A stretch of 64,000 nucleotides of DNA, taken from NCBI RefSeq assembly GCF_040938485.1, contig NW_027271351.1, forward strand, positions 124,001-188,000. Direction: 5' to 3'. Origin of the DNA: Diadema antillarum (taxonomy: Eukaryota). Shown piece by piece: positions 27,526 to 41,004 of this stretch. Under the pieces are notes generated by a model. The model saw only the letters and a list, made by a program, of their open reading frames with translations, was not told the DNA's origin and did not search any database. How positions within the stretch are numbered: the first letter of the stretch is position 1; the number at the start of each line of letters is the position of its first letter. The position numbers and the translations under genes are program-made.

Positions 27526-27944
27526 TGATTATATGTTTCTATATGTTGATGTCAAACCCATCCGTAATTTCCACACACTTTAATTGTATTGAATGGGAAG
27601 TTTCTTCATTTACACATGTGGATCGCATCAGTAAAGTTTGAGGAAAATCAGACAATCCATTCAAAAGTTATGAATCTTTAATGCTTTGGTACCACCATCA
27701 CTGGATAAGAAGACTGCAACAATTTGTGATGTCACAGCAGAACAACATTATAAAGAAAATGTTAAAAGAGCATTCTGCAAAATGTCATTTTTCTAGCAAA
27801 TTGAAAGAGCAATTGACTTATCTCTCTCAGAATGTGGGGGGAAGGGATATAATATCATCCTTATCATATGTCACTAACAAGTCATAGGAATATGTACTTT
27901 TCATGAAGAATACAATTTTTAAACTAGTAGATCTTTCAAATCAA

Positions 27945-28380
27945 AATTTTTAACAAACATGTCAGGTAAAAAAAAAAGGAGCTGGCAGGAATCAAACCTG
28001 TCATCTACTGCTTTCTAGGCAGTGGCACTACCACCAGGCTATCCCTGGTTGCCGGCATTGACACAATGAACTAGGAACAAATGCCCAAGCTCTGATATTC
28101 TGACATTGTTATGTTAAATAATTCAAGACAGACAAGGTATATTTAATGAAAGCAAGAGATTATTCAGCAGAGGGGGGAAGATATATAAGGTGTGAGTTTT
28201 CTTCAATTTGTCTGTCCTCTGTACAAATGAAATTTGTCAGATCCCAACTGCTGATTTACATTTTTAACATTACCTGTCAGCAGCAGTTGTGATCTAACAA
28301 ATGTCATTTATACAGATGGCAGCCAACAACTTGAAGAAAACACATACCGTAACAATTTTCAACATATTTTCACTTTTCTA
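27945..28380. repeat. Older diverged member of the 301-bp tRNA-containing family
   Basis: aaacctgtcatctactgctttc...cactaccaccaggct.tccctggttgccggca is shared with the array; it also ends in an inverted arm. Confidence 0.8.
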
Positions 28381-28959
28381 TACATATTGTGAAAGGAGCA
28401 TTAAACTTCCCTCTTTTAGATCAAGCAGGGGGAATAATATTACCTTTGACATATGTCAGTATAAACTAGGCCAGGGAATGAAGACTATTCATATGAACTT
28501 ATATCTTGTGGAATTTTCTATCTTTTGATTCTTTATCGTAGTGCACATGTCATAGCATGATAATTATGTAGTAGTCTTCTGATCCTGTGGTCTCATCACC
28601 AACATTTCAAAATTCATACATTTTGAATTGATTATCAGATCTCACTCAGACTTTCACTATTGTGCTCTACTGATATTGCTGCATTCACTCGATCCATATG
28701 TATGTTTGTGTTTCATTTCTCTTTAATTTTTAAGAAAAGAAATTGAGGGACAGGAAATAAAAAAGGGGATAGAGAGATTACAAAAATAAAGATACTATCA
28801 TGTAGCTGTATTTGTGGATATGGGGATGGATAATACACAGATGAGAAGATGATGATTACATGGTGGGGGGAGGGGGGAGATGGAGAGGGAGAGAGTATTT
28901 CGATCCCAACCTTCACAGATCTCCATCTAAACCTATTATTTTCCCACCCCCTGTTAAAC

Positions 28960-29570
28960 ATATCTGCTAATGCATTCCGAGGTTAAATGGTGATAATATT
29001 TGCTGCACAAGTAATATGAGTAAAGATTATATAACTAAACGTCTCAGATGCAATGGTATGTATCTAACTACACTGTAATATCTCGCCGCTCAAAATCTTA
29101 TTATTCAGTGAGTGCGATGCGCGGCCAGCCAGGCATAGTGTAGATTTACCTTTGTCATGTGGTATTTGACGCCACCATACAAATTCGTTCGGATTGGAGG
29201 TCGATTGTTGTTGTTGATATTTTAACGATCGGAGTCTTGCGAAGGTGGAGGTGGAAAGGTGTTCAGATTTTATGGTTACATTTCGTCGCTAGAAAAAGAA
29301 AACCTTCATGAGCAGAGGAAATATGGCGTGGAGTAATACTCTTCATGTTGATGATGCCCTTGCGGAGGATTTCGCATCAAATTTGTCCGGTTTGGGCACC
29401 GAACTTGGTACTGGAGCATACAACATGAGGTGAGACAGGTTATGTTCGTTTCGGTTCACCGTCATGACTGCGCTCGCAATCGCAGTCTAGTCGCAGCATA
29501 AACTCGCGCTAGCGGGGGTCATAAATCGGAAGCCAGCAACGTTCTCGGACTCCGTGGCAAAATGATTTAA
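28960..29570 (+). promoter_or_regulatory. CpG-rich promoter / first-exon region of TFCP2
   Basis: Visible local CpG enrichment around exon 1 in otherwise CpG-poor DNA. No TSS mapped. Confidence 0.5.
29323..29429 (+). CDS. TFCP2: TFCP2 exon 1 (MAWSNTLHVDDALAEDFASNLSGLGTELGTGAYNM)
   Basis: Matches the TFCP2/UBP1 N-terminus; donor |gtgaga, phase 2; in-frame upstream ATG at 29308 (adds MSRGN). Confidence 0.92.
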
Positions 29571-29889
29571 AACGGGAAAAAATGAAATGGAGAAATGCCC
29601 TTATGTGGCCAACCTGTGTAACAATAAGTACTAACGTTACTGTTCCTAGTACAGTACTATCATACGCAACGGTGCCTGACGCTAGAAAGTCGCAAGGTTA
29701 CGTGTGTGTAAACACTAATTTAACAAATAACAATGTCGATAATATGACAATAGTGAGATCACGAGATTGATTCTGTGACTGTAAAACGACCTTTAATCTA
29801 TTCACAATATTATGACTTATGTTTTGTTTTGGACGCTTACTTTATGTAACATCAGAACATCAGCCTTTAAAGTACCTAACTAAATAAGT

Positions 29890-30452
29890 ACCGGTTGTAT
29901 AGTGAGGTGCCCGCACCTCGTCAGGGGCCCGAATACCGTCACCCCGCTTAAAATCGTTTTAAGCTCACTAAGCCAAAATTTATGCCCGGGACTGTGTTCA
30001 GTACGCTTGAAACTTGGCAGGGCTACCACAACCAAGCAAATTTTGGTGAAAACTGAACAGATTTTCGCGAAAATTTGAAATTTTAATCAGAATAGGACCC
30101 TACGTGTTATAAGTATCACCACTGTCCCCGCACGCATCTTTTACGTGTATGTCTATGGGAGCATCACGGTCACCCGCACACGTCTTTTACGTGCTTTGTC
30201 TATGGGAGCGCGGGTGATGAGTTGCGGGCCCCTTCCTTAGCGCGCAACTTTTTCGCATCGGTCGCGTTTGACGACGATAGCTGCAAATTTTCGATATCGA
30301 TCAGTGAGCTTGTGATTCCATTGGAATTTTCAGCATTTTTTCTTGTATGTGAGTTGGATTTCAAAGAATTTCAGTGGCGAAATGTGATTCAAATATGCGC
30401 AAACATTAACTATGACGAGGTGCGGGTCACCCAAGTATACTTGTTGTAGTTT
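29890..30452 (+). mobile_element. HINE-like element
   Basis: Sub-terminal IR cccgcacctcgt / acgaggtgcggg, 3' palindrome caagtatacttg then tagtt. Confidence 0.6.
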
Positions 30453-32311
30453 AACTCATAACCAGTGATAACACAACAGTGACCTTCGGCCTCCAGCAGG
30501 ACAAAAAAACAGGCAAAGTTAAAAAAAAGAAGAAACACACACACACACACACACATAAAAAAAAAGAAAGAACACATGTTTATTGTTAAGTGTCCTACTT
30601 TTTTTGGTAAAAAGGAAGGAGGAGGTCCCCCCCCCCTTTTTTTTTTCTCAGTATCGCCAATAATGCAATGCGCAAAAAAACTTCTGCGCACACTGCAGAG
30701 CCCTGTCACGACGTCACAGCTGCACTGTGTGATTCTTCGGGAGCGTTGTCGCTTCCGGTTGGTTTGCACGTGTCTTTACTCTCAGTTCCCATTTGATTCA
30801 ATGCAATTTTTGTCTGCTTTTCTGTGTGGTTGCTGCTTTTCCCTTTGGTTAAATAATATAGAATCAAGTTAAAGAAGAAGAGTCTTCTGTTTTTTACTGA
30901 TTTGTGGTCACTAGAGTCATGCATGGTTCACTACTGCATACTGTGAGGCTTTGATTTGCTGATCACATGATGGAAGTCGAAGAAATCTTCAGCAAAAAAT
31001 ACCCCTGGGGCCTGCCTTATAAAGACTTGTGATAGAAATCAATCACAAGTTGCTTGTGAGTTGCAATGCAAGTTGCGATTGATTTGGGGACTTGTGATTG
31101 ATTTGAAGGCTTATTAAGACGGGGCCCGGATTAAGACAGAATGTAACCTGAGTGCATATCCAGCCAAACTGGTTCTGTGGTGGCAAGTTTGTCCCCTCGC
31201 TGAGCAATCCCATAATGCATCCAAAGCAACGCTTGCCAAGCTGCCCGCAGGAATGGACGATACCACCAACCAAGGCTCTCCCCCATCAAATTCTCCATTT
31301 GAGAACTCGGCAAAAATATCACCGAGAGTCTTCTTCCCATCCAGTACAGTGTGTGTAAACCATGGTCATTACACAACTTTCTTTGGCATTCTCATTAACA
31401 CACAAACAAACACCGTTGTGTTTTTGACAGTGACATGGAAAAAATCCCAATAATTTCAAAAAATTTGTACCTCGTTATCTCATACCAACGTACCGTAACA
31501 AAAAACTTGTATTTCAGATACAATGTACAGCAACGCAGCTCATATCAGATTGTGCAGGGAGTGCATGCAGTTGAAATATGAACATGCATGCAGAAGTTTT
31601 TTACTCAGAGCAGCTAGCTGCCACTGCAGCATTGCAAGTGCATGATATGCAGCAATCAGAGTTTAATACTGTGCATGTAACTCTATGGCAGCAATGCACT
31701 CGATCTTGGAGTGCCGTGTGCTTGCGCGAATTGTATCCAGTCATTTTATTGACATCACTTGATATGTGCATAGTTAGAAAACTGTTTATGGCCATATTTA
31801 ATTTAAATGCAAGCGCGCACTAAGGTGCGTGCTCTAGTTTCTGCTAGGGCGAGGCGTGCCGTGCAGCTGAGGGTTTATGACATAACAAAGCCTTCTATAT
31901 CGCGTAAAAAAAAAGACAAAAATTCATGATGTTTCTGTCATTGAAGAATGTTATTCCTGGTTGAATAACTTCAGAATAGTGATCAGTTAGATATGAAGAT
32001 TTGAGCCTCAGGCATAATTGCGTTTGAATGAAAAACTGGAAATTTAAAAATTTTATGTACAAATGTACAAACTATATGGTAAGTTTTGAGGGAATGACAT
32101 GCTCACTTTGCCATTTGCATATTCATATTGACCGTTCAAGAACTGTTTCCTGAAAAAATAATGAAACTTCAAAATGTCATAACTTCCTTATTTTTCATCC
32201 GATTTTGATCTAAACTATACTGTTGAACTCGTAATATTTTACTCTTTCTTATCAGACTAACTTATATTTGAACTGGATTTCCCCTTTAAGTCTTCATTTG
32301 ATAATGACGTG

Positions 32312-32739
32312 GGGTGGTATTCTGAAAATCTTCCTAAGTTTCTTCCTAAGTTTCTTCGTAAGTCAGAAACTTAGGAAGTGCCTAGGAAAGACAGAATTGG
32401 TATTGTGAAATTTCTTCCCAGGCACTTCTTAATGCAAATTAGGTCATCCTTATTCCCGCCCTCGTCCTTTTTTAAGCCAAAACGAAATGCCGTATCATAA
32501 GGAACCAACTAATGACAATAGCATATTACTATGATGTAGGCTCAAATACACGTGTGCACGGCATGTCCCCTTTCTCACGCTCATTTCGCGCATCAAAGTA
32601 CATGTGCGCGCAGTGAATGACACAGCGCGCCTATCACGATGTTTGCAGCTTGCTATTCTTAACGTACTTAGGACAGGGGTGGAGCTTTCCTAAATATCTT
32701 CCTAAATTTCTTCCTAGGAAGGATTTTAGAATACCACCC
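32312..32739. mobile_element. MITE with TIR gggtggtattct(g/a)aaa
   Basis: Inverted termini and internal ttcttcctaag repeats. Confidence 0.7.
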
Positions 32740-33733
32740 TTGTATTGTACATAGATGTCATTGAAAAGCATTGCATAAAAAAAAAATAAAAAAAAAAACA
32801 CAGTCCTACATTATAGGCGATTTAGCTATCGGTGTCAGACTCTCAGCTCTATGCGCATACTAAGTTGGAGTTGGGACAAGGACTTCTTTGATAATTATTT
32901 GGCCCATTCCTTGTTTAAAGCATGACTTCACAAGTTATTAAATTGGTGATCCAAACACATTAACGGCTGTCTCAGTAAGACTTCCATTCAGCGTATATGT
33001 CCCCTCACATTAGCCCACCATTTGCCAAATGTGCAATCATGTTTGCATCAGTGTTAAGCTACATTTTGATAAGGGTAGGGTATCGTAGATGTCAATATTT
33101 TCACATGATTAATTTTTCGCACTGACCAGCTTGAAAACATATTTGCAGGTTCTTAAATTTGCTCTCTGTGCAGATTATTGCTTTATGCTTGTATGTTTCC
33201 ATCTAATTCACACACAAAAAAACCCCAATATAAATCATCAGGTCATGCTGCCTGATAAATTCGAGTGCACAGACTGCACAGAAACTACTGTACTGCACAC
33301 ACACACACACGCACTCCTACAGCAGGGGGCATATTGGTAACTGAGAAAGACCACAATTCAAACCATTCAAAATGTGCAGAGAAAATTGTGAATATTTTTG
33401 CGGATCATAGAATTCATGCTAGCCATCAGTTCAGCAAAATACGCAAAAATTAGTGCACTGCGAAAATGTCCATGTTTACAGTACGTTAGTAAGTGCAGAG
33501 TGATACATCTAGGCAAAATTGGTGGGGGGGGGGGGGGGGCATACATGTACTACCATATGGAAATCTTTCCCCCATCTCAAATTGACCATTTTTTTTTTGT
33601 AATTCAGCCAAAGGAAATTGGAATGCATTGCATTCTTGATGGATTAGCAATTGACTGCTTAGTGGTTGCTTCTGTTTACTTTGTTTACAGTAGTTCTCTT
33701 TTCTTTTCTTTTTTGGAAGAGAAATTACATTAC

Positions 33734-34144
33734 TTAAAGGGATGGTATACACTTTTGACTGAGATGGGAATTCAGCTCTAGTTTTAACTCTTGGCAAGAT
33801 AATTACACCACTTAATATACAAAGTATTAAAGCGCATACAATCCATTCTAAGAGGAATTATAAGTTTATTTAATGAAAAATCAGTTTTGAAATGGCTGAA
33901 ATATCCAAAAAACAAATGGGTCTTATAAAAGGTGGATCCCACCTTTCATGAGACCCCTTTGTTCTACTTTGTTTTTGGATATCTCAGCAATTTTAAAACC
34001 AATTTTCATCAAATAAACTTTTAATTCCTTTTAGAATTGTGTACTTTTAATATATGTCATATAAGTGGTTTCTGATATCTAGCAAAAGGGTGAATCCTGA
34101 ATCCTTATCCCAACCAAAACTACAGCTGTATACCATCCCTTTAA
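33734..34144. mobile_element. ttaaaggg...ccctttaa MITE (Kolobok-like)
   Basis: TIR aagggatggtatac, TTAA flanks. Confidence 0.8.
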
Positions 34145-34179
34145 TGCTTAGAATACAGGCTTTAGTCAACTGATCTATT

Positions 34180-34630
34180 TCCAAGATCATCTAATTCCAA
34201 TATGGCTAAAGCCATTTGGAAAATAACCTCCTCTCAATCTGGGCTAATGGCCATTTGGTCTAATCTGGTACTCACTTTGGCTGATTGTCATTTTGTCTAA
34301 TGACCAAATGGTCTAGTTGCTATCTTGTCGATTGATTCCCCCCCCCCCCCCCCCCCGTTTTTTTTAATACCACTTGCTCTACCAGTTCATCTATTTCTTA
34401 GGTAGTCCATTTTCATGGACAGTAGGTCTAATTACTGTATGGTGTGCTTCCCATTTGGCCTATTATTCACTAGGATTCAGTTGGTCTATTTCCATTTCAT
34501 CTAATTTCATTAGGGTCTTATTTCCACCTAGTCTACGAGCAAATGCATCTGATTGTCATTTCGTCTAAATACTGCTTTGTTTAATAACAATTTAGTCCCT
34601 TTCTCGTTTGGTTTAATCACCAATATGGCT
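34180..34630. repeat. Degenerate tandem repeat (ccatttggtctaat motif)
   Basis: Recurring catttggtcta / cattttgtcta motifs interrupted by a poly-C run. Confidence 0.6.
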
Positions 34631-34714
34631 ACTCTCGTTATGTGTACAGATTACACGTAGGTAGATTAAAAATCTGAGCAAGTGTGGTTCATTGTTTTGC
34701 AACATGGGTCTTCT

Positions 34715-34975
34715 TCACCTGGTACGGTGCAGGTCACAGAGAGGATATCAACTTTTTAAGTTCAAGAGATGGATCGAGATCCACGTAGAGATTCAGTGGC
34801 TGACTAGCAGATACAAATCACGACAGTTACACCTCCAGTGTTGCTGACATGCTTGCACAACGTGGATGGGTATCACTTCGGACCAGAATAGAATAAAAAG
34901 GTATTACCCTCTTCTACATGTACAAGATGCACAACCAACTTGAGGATTTCAACCTGATGCTGTACATCTAGCTCT
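34715..34975 (+). mobile_element. Old LINE RT C-terminal remnant
   Basis: Broken frame reads SSVADMLAQRGWVSLRTRIE*KGITLFY..KMHNQL, resembling the SSVTxMLxxLxWxxLxxRR...LFYKI.N motif. Confidence 0.55.
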
Positions 34976-35688
34976 CAGTCTCAGTAGAACGACGTGAATG
35001 ATGAAAGATTTCACCTTTAGAAGTTCCATTCTCCAGAACTCATCAACATATGGTACTCTTTCTTTCCATGCACTAGCTGTATTAAAAGTGGAGTACTTGT
35101 AATCTTCCATTCTCTACCATACTGGTGGCATCTGTGGAGTGCTTTTGTCACCATTTGACCAGAGGCATGAAGTAAATTATCTTGAGCTTAATACTTGCAC
35201 TCTTGTCATATAAACACCAAGCACCTGTCAGCACTTGCATGACTTTTTCCTCGCTGGATGCTGGCAGCCAAGTTACATGATTTACAACAATCTTCAGGAT
35301 TGAAGGAGGCAGATTACCCTGAAGAAGATGATGAAGAAGAAGCCAGCTTGGTATATGATATCGTCGGCTATTGTGATTATCATTCAAATTTCCTGCGTGT
35401 GACCTACATGTACAGCAAACCTAAAATTACAAGAAAGGTTGTACCGGGTAAACCCATCGACTGATTGTACTATCTGCATCCCGTCGGTAATGATAGGATT
35501 ATGCTACATCTGTAGCATGCACACATGCTCTGCATGGGTAAGTGCCAACAGCACTGCCAGCACGCAGATGTTTGGTCTGCAGCTAGCCTGGTACATCTGT
35601 AGTGGTATACAGCTACAGGACTGCACCAATCTCGACTTTTGACTCTTGGGGAATCATAAATTTATTACCATTGCTACCTTGATTTGAG

Positions 35689-36057
35689 GCATTGTACAAT
35701 GGAGGTGTACCTGACCTCAAAAGGGAAACCCTGTATTTCATATAGGGGTTTTTCCTACACGGAAAGGAGGCGGACAAACGGATTCATCTATTGGCGCTGT
35801 CGGAACCGGAGAACGTGCTCGGGAACCCTGGTAACCCGAGATGCGGTTGGGCCGGATGGCTACAGGCAGCCGAGCGAGAATATCCGTCATTCTCACCCGC
35901 CGCATGTGGATGCTATGGCTGTGGAGCTGACCAAATCCCATGTGAACAATATTGAAGCAGCAAATGAGTTGACACCTATACCCCAGATTTATAGGCAACA
36001 CCAACTACAACTGTCTGTAGATGATGAAGCGGCTATAGCCGTACTTCCATCATTTAG
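35689..36057 (+). CDS. FLYWCH-type zinc-finger coding segment (MULE-transposase-like N-terminus), intronic
   Basis: SKGKPCISYRGFSY...IYWRC.....CSGTL.T...HSHPP fits the FLYWCH consensus. ORF 35684-36079 is intact, with ATG at 35699 and donor AG|GTATGA after 36057. No MULE DDE domain seen downstream. Confidence 0.8.
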
Positions 36058-39000
36058 GTATGAAAGGCAGATAAACTAATGTGATTTTTTTTTTTAAAGG
36101 CCTACATGATATTGATAAGCATGATATGATTATAATGTAACTTTCATATATATGTAATAAATGCAAAAAAAAGGGAACTGACCAGAAATGTATAATATAT
36201 CAAGTTAGAAATGAGCAAAGAAAATGGGATTACATATCATGATGGAATCCCATCTTCTTTGCTCATTTGTCATTTAAAATGTTCAATAAAAAAAAAAACA
36301 ACCACCTGCTGTGATGTTTCACCCCCTGCCAGTATGTGTCACGTGGAAAGCCTTGTAGAGAGTCTATGGGGATTCTAGAATCTTGTTTGGTATAGGTTGA
36401 TCGCTTATCTGAATTCTGGCTGGAAAGTACATGATTTCAATAACATTTTCCCAAGACATAAAGAAAATCTACACAATTTTGTAGGTAATATAAATTTCAA
36501 TGCAGTTAGGAATGAAGCAATATCATGAGGGATTATCAAGCAATTGTATAAGCCTTAAACTGTTACCATTTAGAAAGGAAAAGAAGAAGAAAATAAAAGA
36601 ACCCCCAAAGACTTTGTAATGTTAAAGATATTAGTTTATCTTGCTTACTGGTTGTGTGAATATAGTCATTGCTAATCAATGTGTGATTATTTGACTGGGT
36701 TCTCAGAGTGAAATGAATAAAAAGTTTGACTATACTGTAAACAGAAGCCAAAGGGCAATATAATTGACTAGGAACCATATCACATATTTCGATGGTAAAT
36801 TTATCAGAAATCTGCTTACAATGCAAATGTAATAATGATAACATTTATTGCCATAAGATGGTTACAGTGGGAAAATCCTGGATTTTTGGCACAAGTTACA
36901 AACTGTATATTGTGCTGTGATAATGGGGATGCATGTACATAGTTGTAAACACCAGCTGAGGATGTCCAATTACATTGTAGCCTTCTATAAAAATGATACT
37001 GGTAGTAAAACTCATCACCAATGGACTACGTATTGCAGGACAGATAATGTATTTCCCAGGGGCCTGATCAGGCATTTGAGCAACTGACTGAACACATACA
37101 GCAGAAAATTCCTCTTTGATTTTACTAGCATTTTCTTGTATTAGATTTGTGAATTTTCTCTATCTGGTGACAAGCATGCATGTTATTGTAGATTTGGTGT
37201 CTGACAATTGTTCAGATATAATGCTTGATTCCTTTTATGTTGACATAGCATTTCTTCAAAATAGCTTCGTCTGCAGTGAATATCATTCTCCAGCATTAAA
37301 GTTGAATTGATGGAGGTTACATTCCTCAAAGTTCATCGAGCTCGAGTGATTTGTGCAAATATGTGTTGGAAAGAGGCAGAAAAGCTACAAGTAAGCATCT
37401 GAATTCATAAAGAGTCAAACCTTGGATAGGGGAAGTGGCGCAATGCGTTGTATGAAAGCTTGATATTCATTTTGTATGTTCGAGGGCTACTGGTTTCAAT
37501 ATTGGCAAGTAATAATGTAAACAAGCTGTGATTCAAAGGGATGATTCTGCAATCTATATGCAAAATGTATGACTATGTAGGTCCATACAAATATATGAAA
37601 TCGCATTACCATTTTTGAGCTGTTTCATCTAGAACTTTGGTTTTTGCTTTCAGAGGAGGAACATGTGAAAGACAGGAAGTGTATCTTACAGCAGATTTTA
37701 CTCGGGTCATGAATCTGTTGTGTTAATATACAAGATTTTTGTAATGTTCATGAGTTATAATCTTCATATTTCTCAGACTGTGAGTAGAATCATTAAATTT
37801 CAGGTTTTATCTAATAGCAGCAACAGAAATACTGCAGTGTTTTAATGACGATCAAGTTCTGAATTCAATTGGAGGAAATAAACAGGAAATAAGTTTAGAA
37901 ATAGATTATAATGCCATTGCAACAATGATTCATCCATGAAACTCGATGGCTGTTGCTGTGTATGTCACAGCTGTGACAAGTTTTCAATCGAGGCTTATGA
38001 CACACCATTAGAATCACTACATTGTGTGTCTCTACAAGAAGACACACACACAAGTGGATACCTATGGCAGCTAAATCTTCTGGAATTGATAAGTATTCTG
38101 TAATAATGCCTGTGCACACACAAGAATGATTGACTTTTTTATTGCGATGCAAAAATCAATTTTATACGCCGCCATTCACACTATGGCTGCAAGTGAAATG
38201 CATTAGATTTCGAAACTGTGCGTATGATAGTTGTACCGGTCTGCCTAATAACTGAAGCATGACTCTGGCAGCCTCACCGTAGGCTAAGTGCTCGGGAAAG
38301 GCAAGTTTCATCATGTGCTGTTCACTCACACACTGGATTGTGAGGGATTAGTTTTCAGAAGAAAGAAAAAAAAATCAAGACACATGGACTGATATTCACA
38401 ATGTGTCAGTTTGGTACAGATTTGGTTTTATGTCACACACAAGAATGATCTGTTTTGGGTTGGTTTGTTTGTTTTTTGCATCATGTTGCAAAAATCAGTT
38501 ATCAAAGTTTGTCATTTTGGGGCCTTATTAACCTGTTGAGGACAAGTCCGGAGTATTCTTTGGCAAGTGTGTATGGGAAATGCGTGTTGTAGCAAAATCA
38601 TTCCATCCTCAACAGGTTAATTCACCTTGAGATGACCTGCGGTAATATTATTACATACAAGTTGTAGGAAGGGCAGAAATAAATGGTTAAGAGACGAGTG
38701 ACCTGGGTAAGAGGGCAGAGGTCAAGGTCAAAGGTTGCTTCATTTTAGTGACCATTTTTCTAGCCAAAATTTCTTCGAAAGGCCAATGGGAATATGATTT
38801 GGTTTAGTAAATAGGAATGATTTTAGAAACTTCATTGGAGAGCTGAGAGCTTAGGTTAATTCTCAAGGTCAGCCAGCTGTCAAGGTCAATGAACTTATCT
38901 GCATCAATGTATTATATGGACTACAATAATTTTGACAGAACATAATACATACCTAAAGTATATACTGTAAAAGTGGAAATTTTTGCAGTGTTGAAATTTT

Positions 39001-40344
39001 CACGCTACCTAACAAAGTAGCGCGAAAATCAAAGCATGCAAATATTTTTGCGAGCCATATGTTCCAGTACTTGATGTCTCGATTCCGAGGAATTAAAAAC
39101 ACGCGAAACTCTTCTTGCACAGCCAAGCATGAAAAATTAGTCGCGCCAAAATATGTACTCTTACAGTATTGTGTGAAAATGTAGAGACTTTCCACTCGAT
39201 TGGTCATTTGCTGTGAAAATGCTCTTTCTTTTATGGTATGATTCCATGCATTTTCTTTTAGAGCATATACTGCAAAATGGTTGCGGCTACAACTAGAAGC
39301 TAGTAAAGTATTGTACCTACTTCTTGCAATGTGAAAATAGTCACCCACTATACCTTCAGAAGTACAACCTTGTAGCTCGGTGTTGAAGTGCAAGTTTTGT
39401 AATATTGAATTGCAAACAAATCAAACAATGCATGAAACTACTTGATCTGCACCTTGAGTTTGTTGGATAGGACCACTCAAAAACTTGTGTGGGTAGGGGG
39501 ACAATTTGTGAGCATGACCCCAGACAATGCAAGCAGGAAGAACTTCATAAAGCTGGTAGACACAAAAGTCCTGAGTCACGTAGTACGTGCAGCTATGTCA
39601 GACAGACTATTAATTACACAGACTGATCATTTTAGGGGAAATAGCGACAAACTGAATAAACACAAGACCATATCATTGCTTCAACTCAGCTGCGCAGGTA
39701 TATCATGTACTCTTAAAATCTTGCTTCTAAATGAGCCATTTTGCTGTTTTATCAAAAGAGAAGGTTGCGTGGTGGAATGAGGGTCACCATGCACCAGATT
39801 AATGAAAATTGCTTGAAAATGTGATGAATAATAAGTGCCGTTAGCCAGAAAAATTTTACCTTGCGAGAATGTTAAGTCATTCTGTCACGAACATCTCATC
39901 CTTGTAGCTATTCTAAGTAACGGTCATGGTCGTATGACTGTCTTGTCTTAATCTGATTGAATGTAAACTTTTTTGCTTGTGCTGGTTTCATTCAAAATAG
40001 TCTTCAGTATTGAGTGGCATCTGGAAATTGCTCACCACACTTCTGAAGAACTTTATTAGTCTTTATAGGCTGTTGATCAATGCATTGCAAAAGAAAAGTG
40101 TTTACAGCCTAGGAAGTCTAAATTTGTTGTAGAAGAAAACAATGAGTTTGCATTTCATGCATAAACCTGTTGTTAACTTTTAAGTCATGACATAGTGCAT
40201 ACAAGCCAGTTTGCTTTCCTGATCAGTTCATATCACTGGTATTTGATATTCTACAAATGGAGCACAATTGATCATTCATGGTATGCAAACTGAAGGGGAT
40301 TATAATTTTTTTTTTCTTGATATTCATTTCTCTTTTCTCTGCAG

Positions 40345-40389
40345 TGAAGTCTTGGCTTTGCCCATGTTCAAACAAGAGGTCATCGAAGG
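40345..40389 (+). CDS. TFCP2: TFCP2 exon 2 (SEVLALPMFKQEVIEG)
   Basis: Strong pyrimidine tract with gcag|, donor |gtaagt, phase 2-2; VLALP.FKQE motif. Confidence 0.93.
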
Positions 40390-40461
40390 GTAAGTTTGTG
40401 TGTCCACACATCATCAGCTTGTTTCTCAGAAGCTGCGTGTGATCTGATGAATGTCAATCCA

Positions 40462-40623
40462 GGGCTCCATTTCATAAAAGGTCCTTGTGATAGCAACTCT
40501 TGCTGGAATGGCAGTTGTCATGGTATTAAACAAGAAGAATCCAGTTCCTGATTGGCTTTTGCCACGAGAAGTTGCTATTCTAGCAAGAGTTGCTATCCTA
40601 ACATCTTTGATGAAACGGGGCCC
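40462..40623. mobile_element. Short palindromic MITE (gggctccatttcat...atgaaacggggccc); similar element at about 31006-31127
   Basis: Inverted termini, internal gatagcaactcttgc / gcaagagttgctatc. Confidence 0.6.
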
Positions 40624-40908
40624 ACAAGAGCCAAAGATTGATTCCAGCATTCATTTCAGATTAGCATTTTTTAATGTACCGGGAAGCATTGATGGTGTCC
40701 TGTAGTGCTTTCAAAAGGCAGAATCAGCCAAGTAGCATTTTCTTTTCTCTTATTAAGTGAATAAAACTTCTAAACTTGCTTTTATGAATCTGAGACACTG
40801 GGTAAATCTGAAAATAGATGTGGAGACTTGAAACGTGCTGTAGTTCCTTCAGAATAACGAGCATAACCCATCCTTTCACTCTCGATGTGTCTTTTGAATA
40901 CTTTCCAG

Positions 40909-41004
40909 GAGAGGTGGTGACCCTGATCTGCCGAGCAGCATTGAGAAGGCACTGGCTGGAGCATTCTCCTCTATCCATGCAGCTGAGGAAGACCAACAAT
41001 CTGG
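40909..41004 (+). CDS. TFCP2: TFCP2 exon 3a (RGGDPDLPSSIEKALAGAFSSIHAAEEDQQSG)
   Basis: tttccag| and |gtgagt, 96 nt, phase 2-2, open in the TFCP2 frame; paralogous to 43611-43703. Confidence 0.75.

Noticed and set aside
17866-28900. A third protein-coding gene between TMOD and TFCP2
   Set aside because: Only short ORFs with non-coding composition and no chain of phase-compatible exons; small or non-coding genes cannot be excluded.
35258-35464. Acidic ORF (EEDDEEE) as a TFCP2 or FLYWCH exon
   Set aside because: The nearest AG and GT sites are phase 1 and phase 0, incompatible with the phase-2 intron; no recognisable domain.
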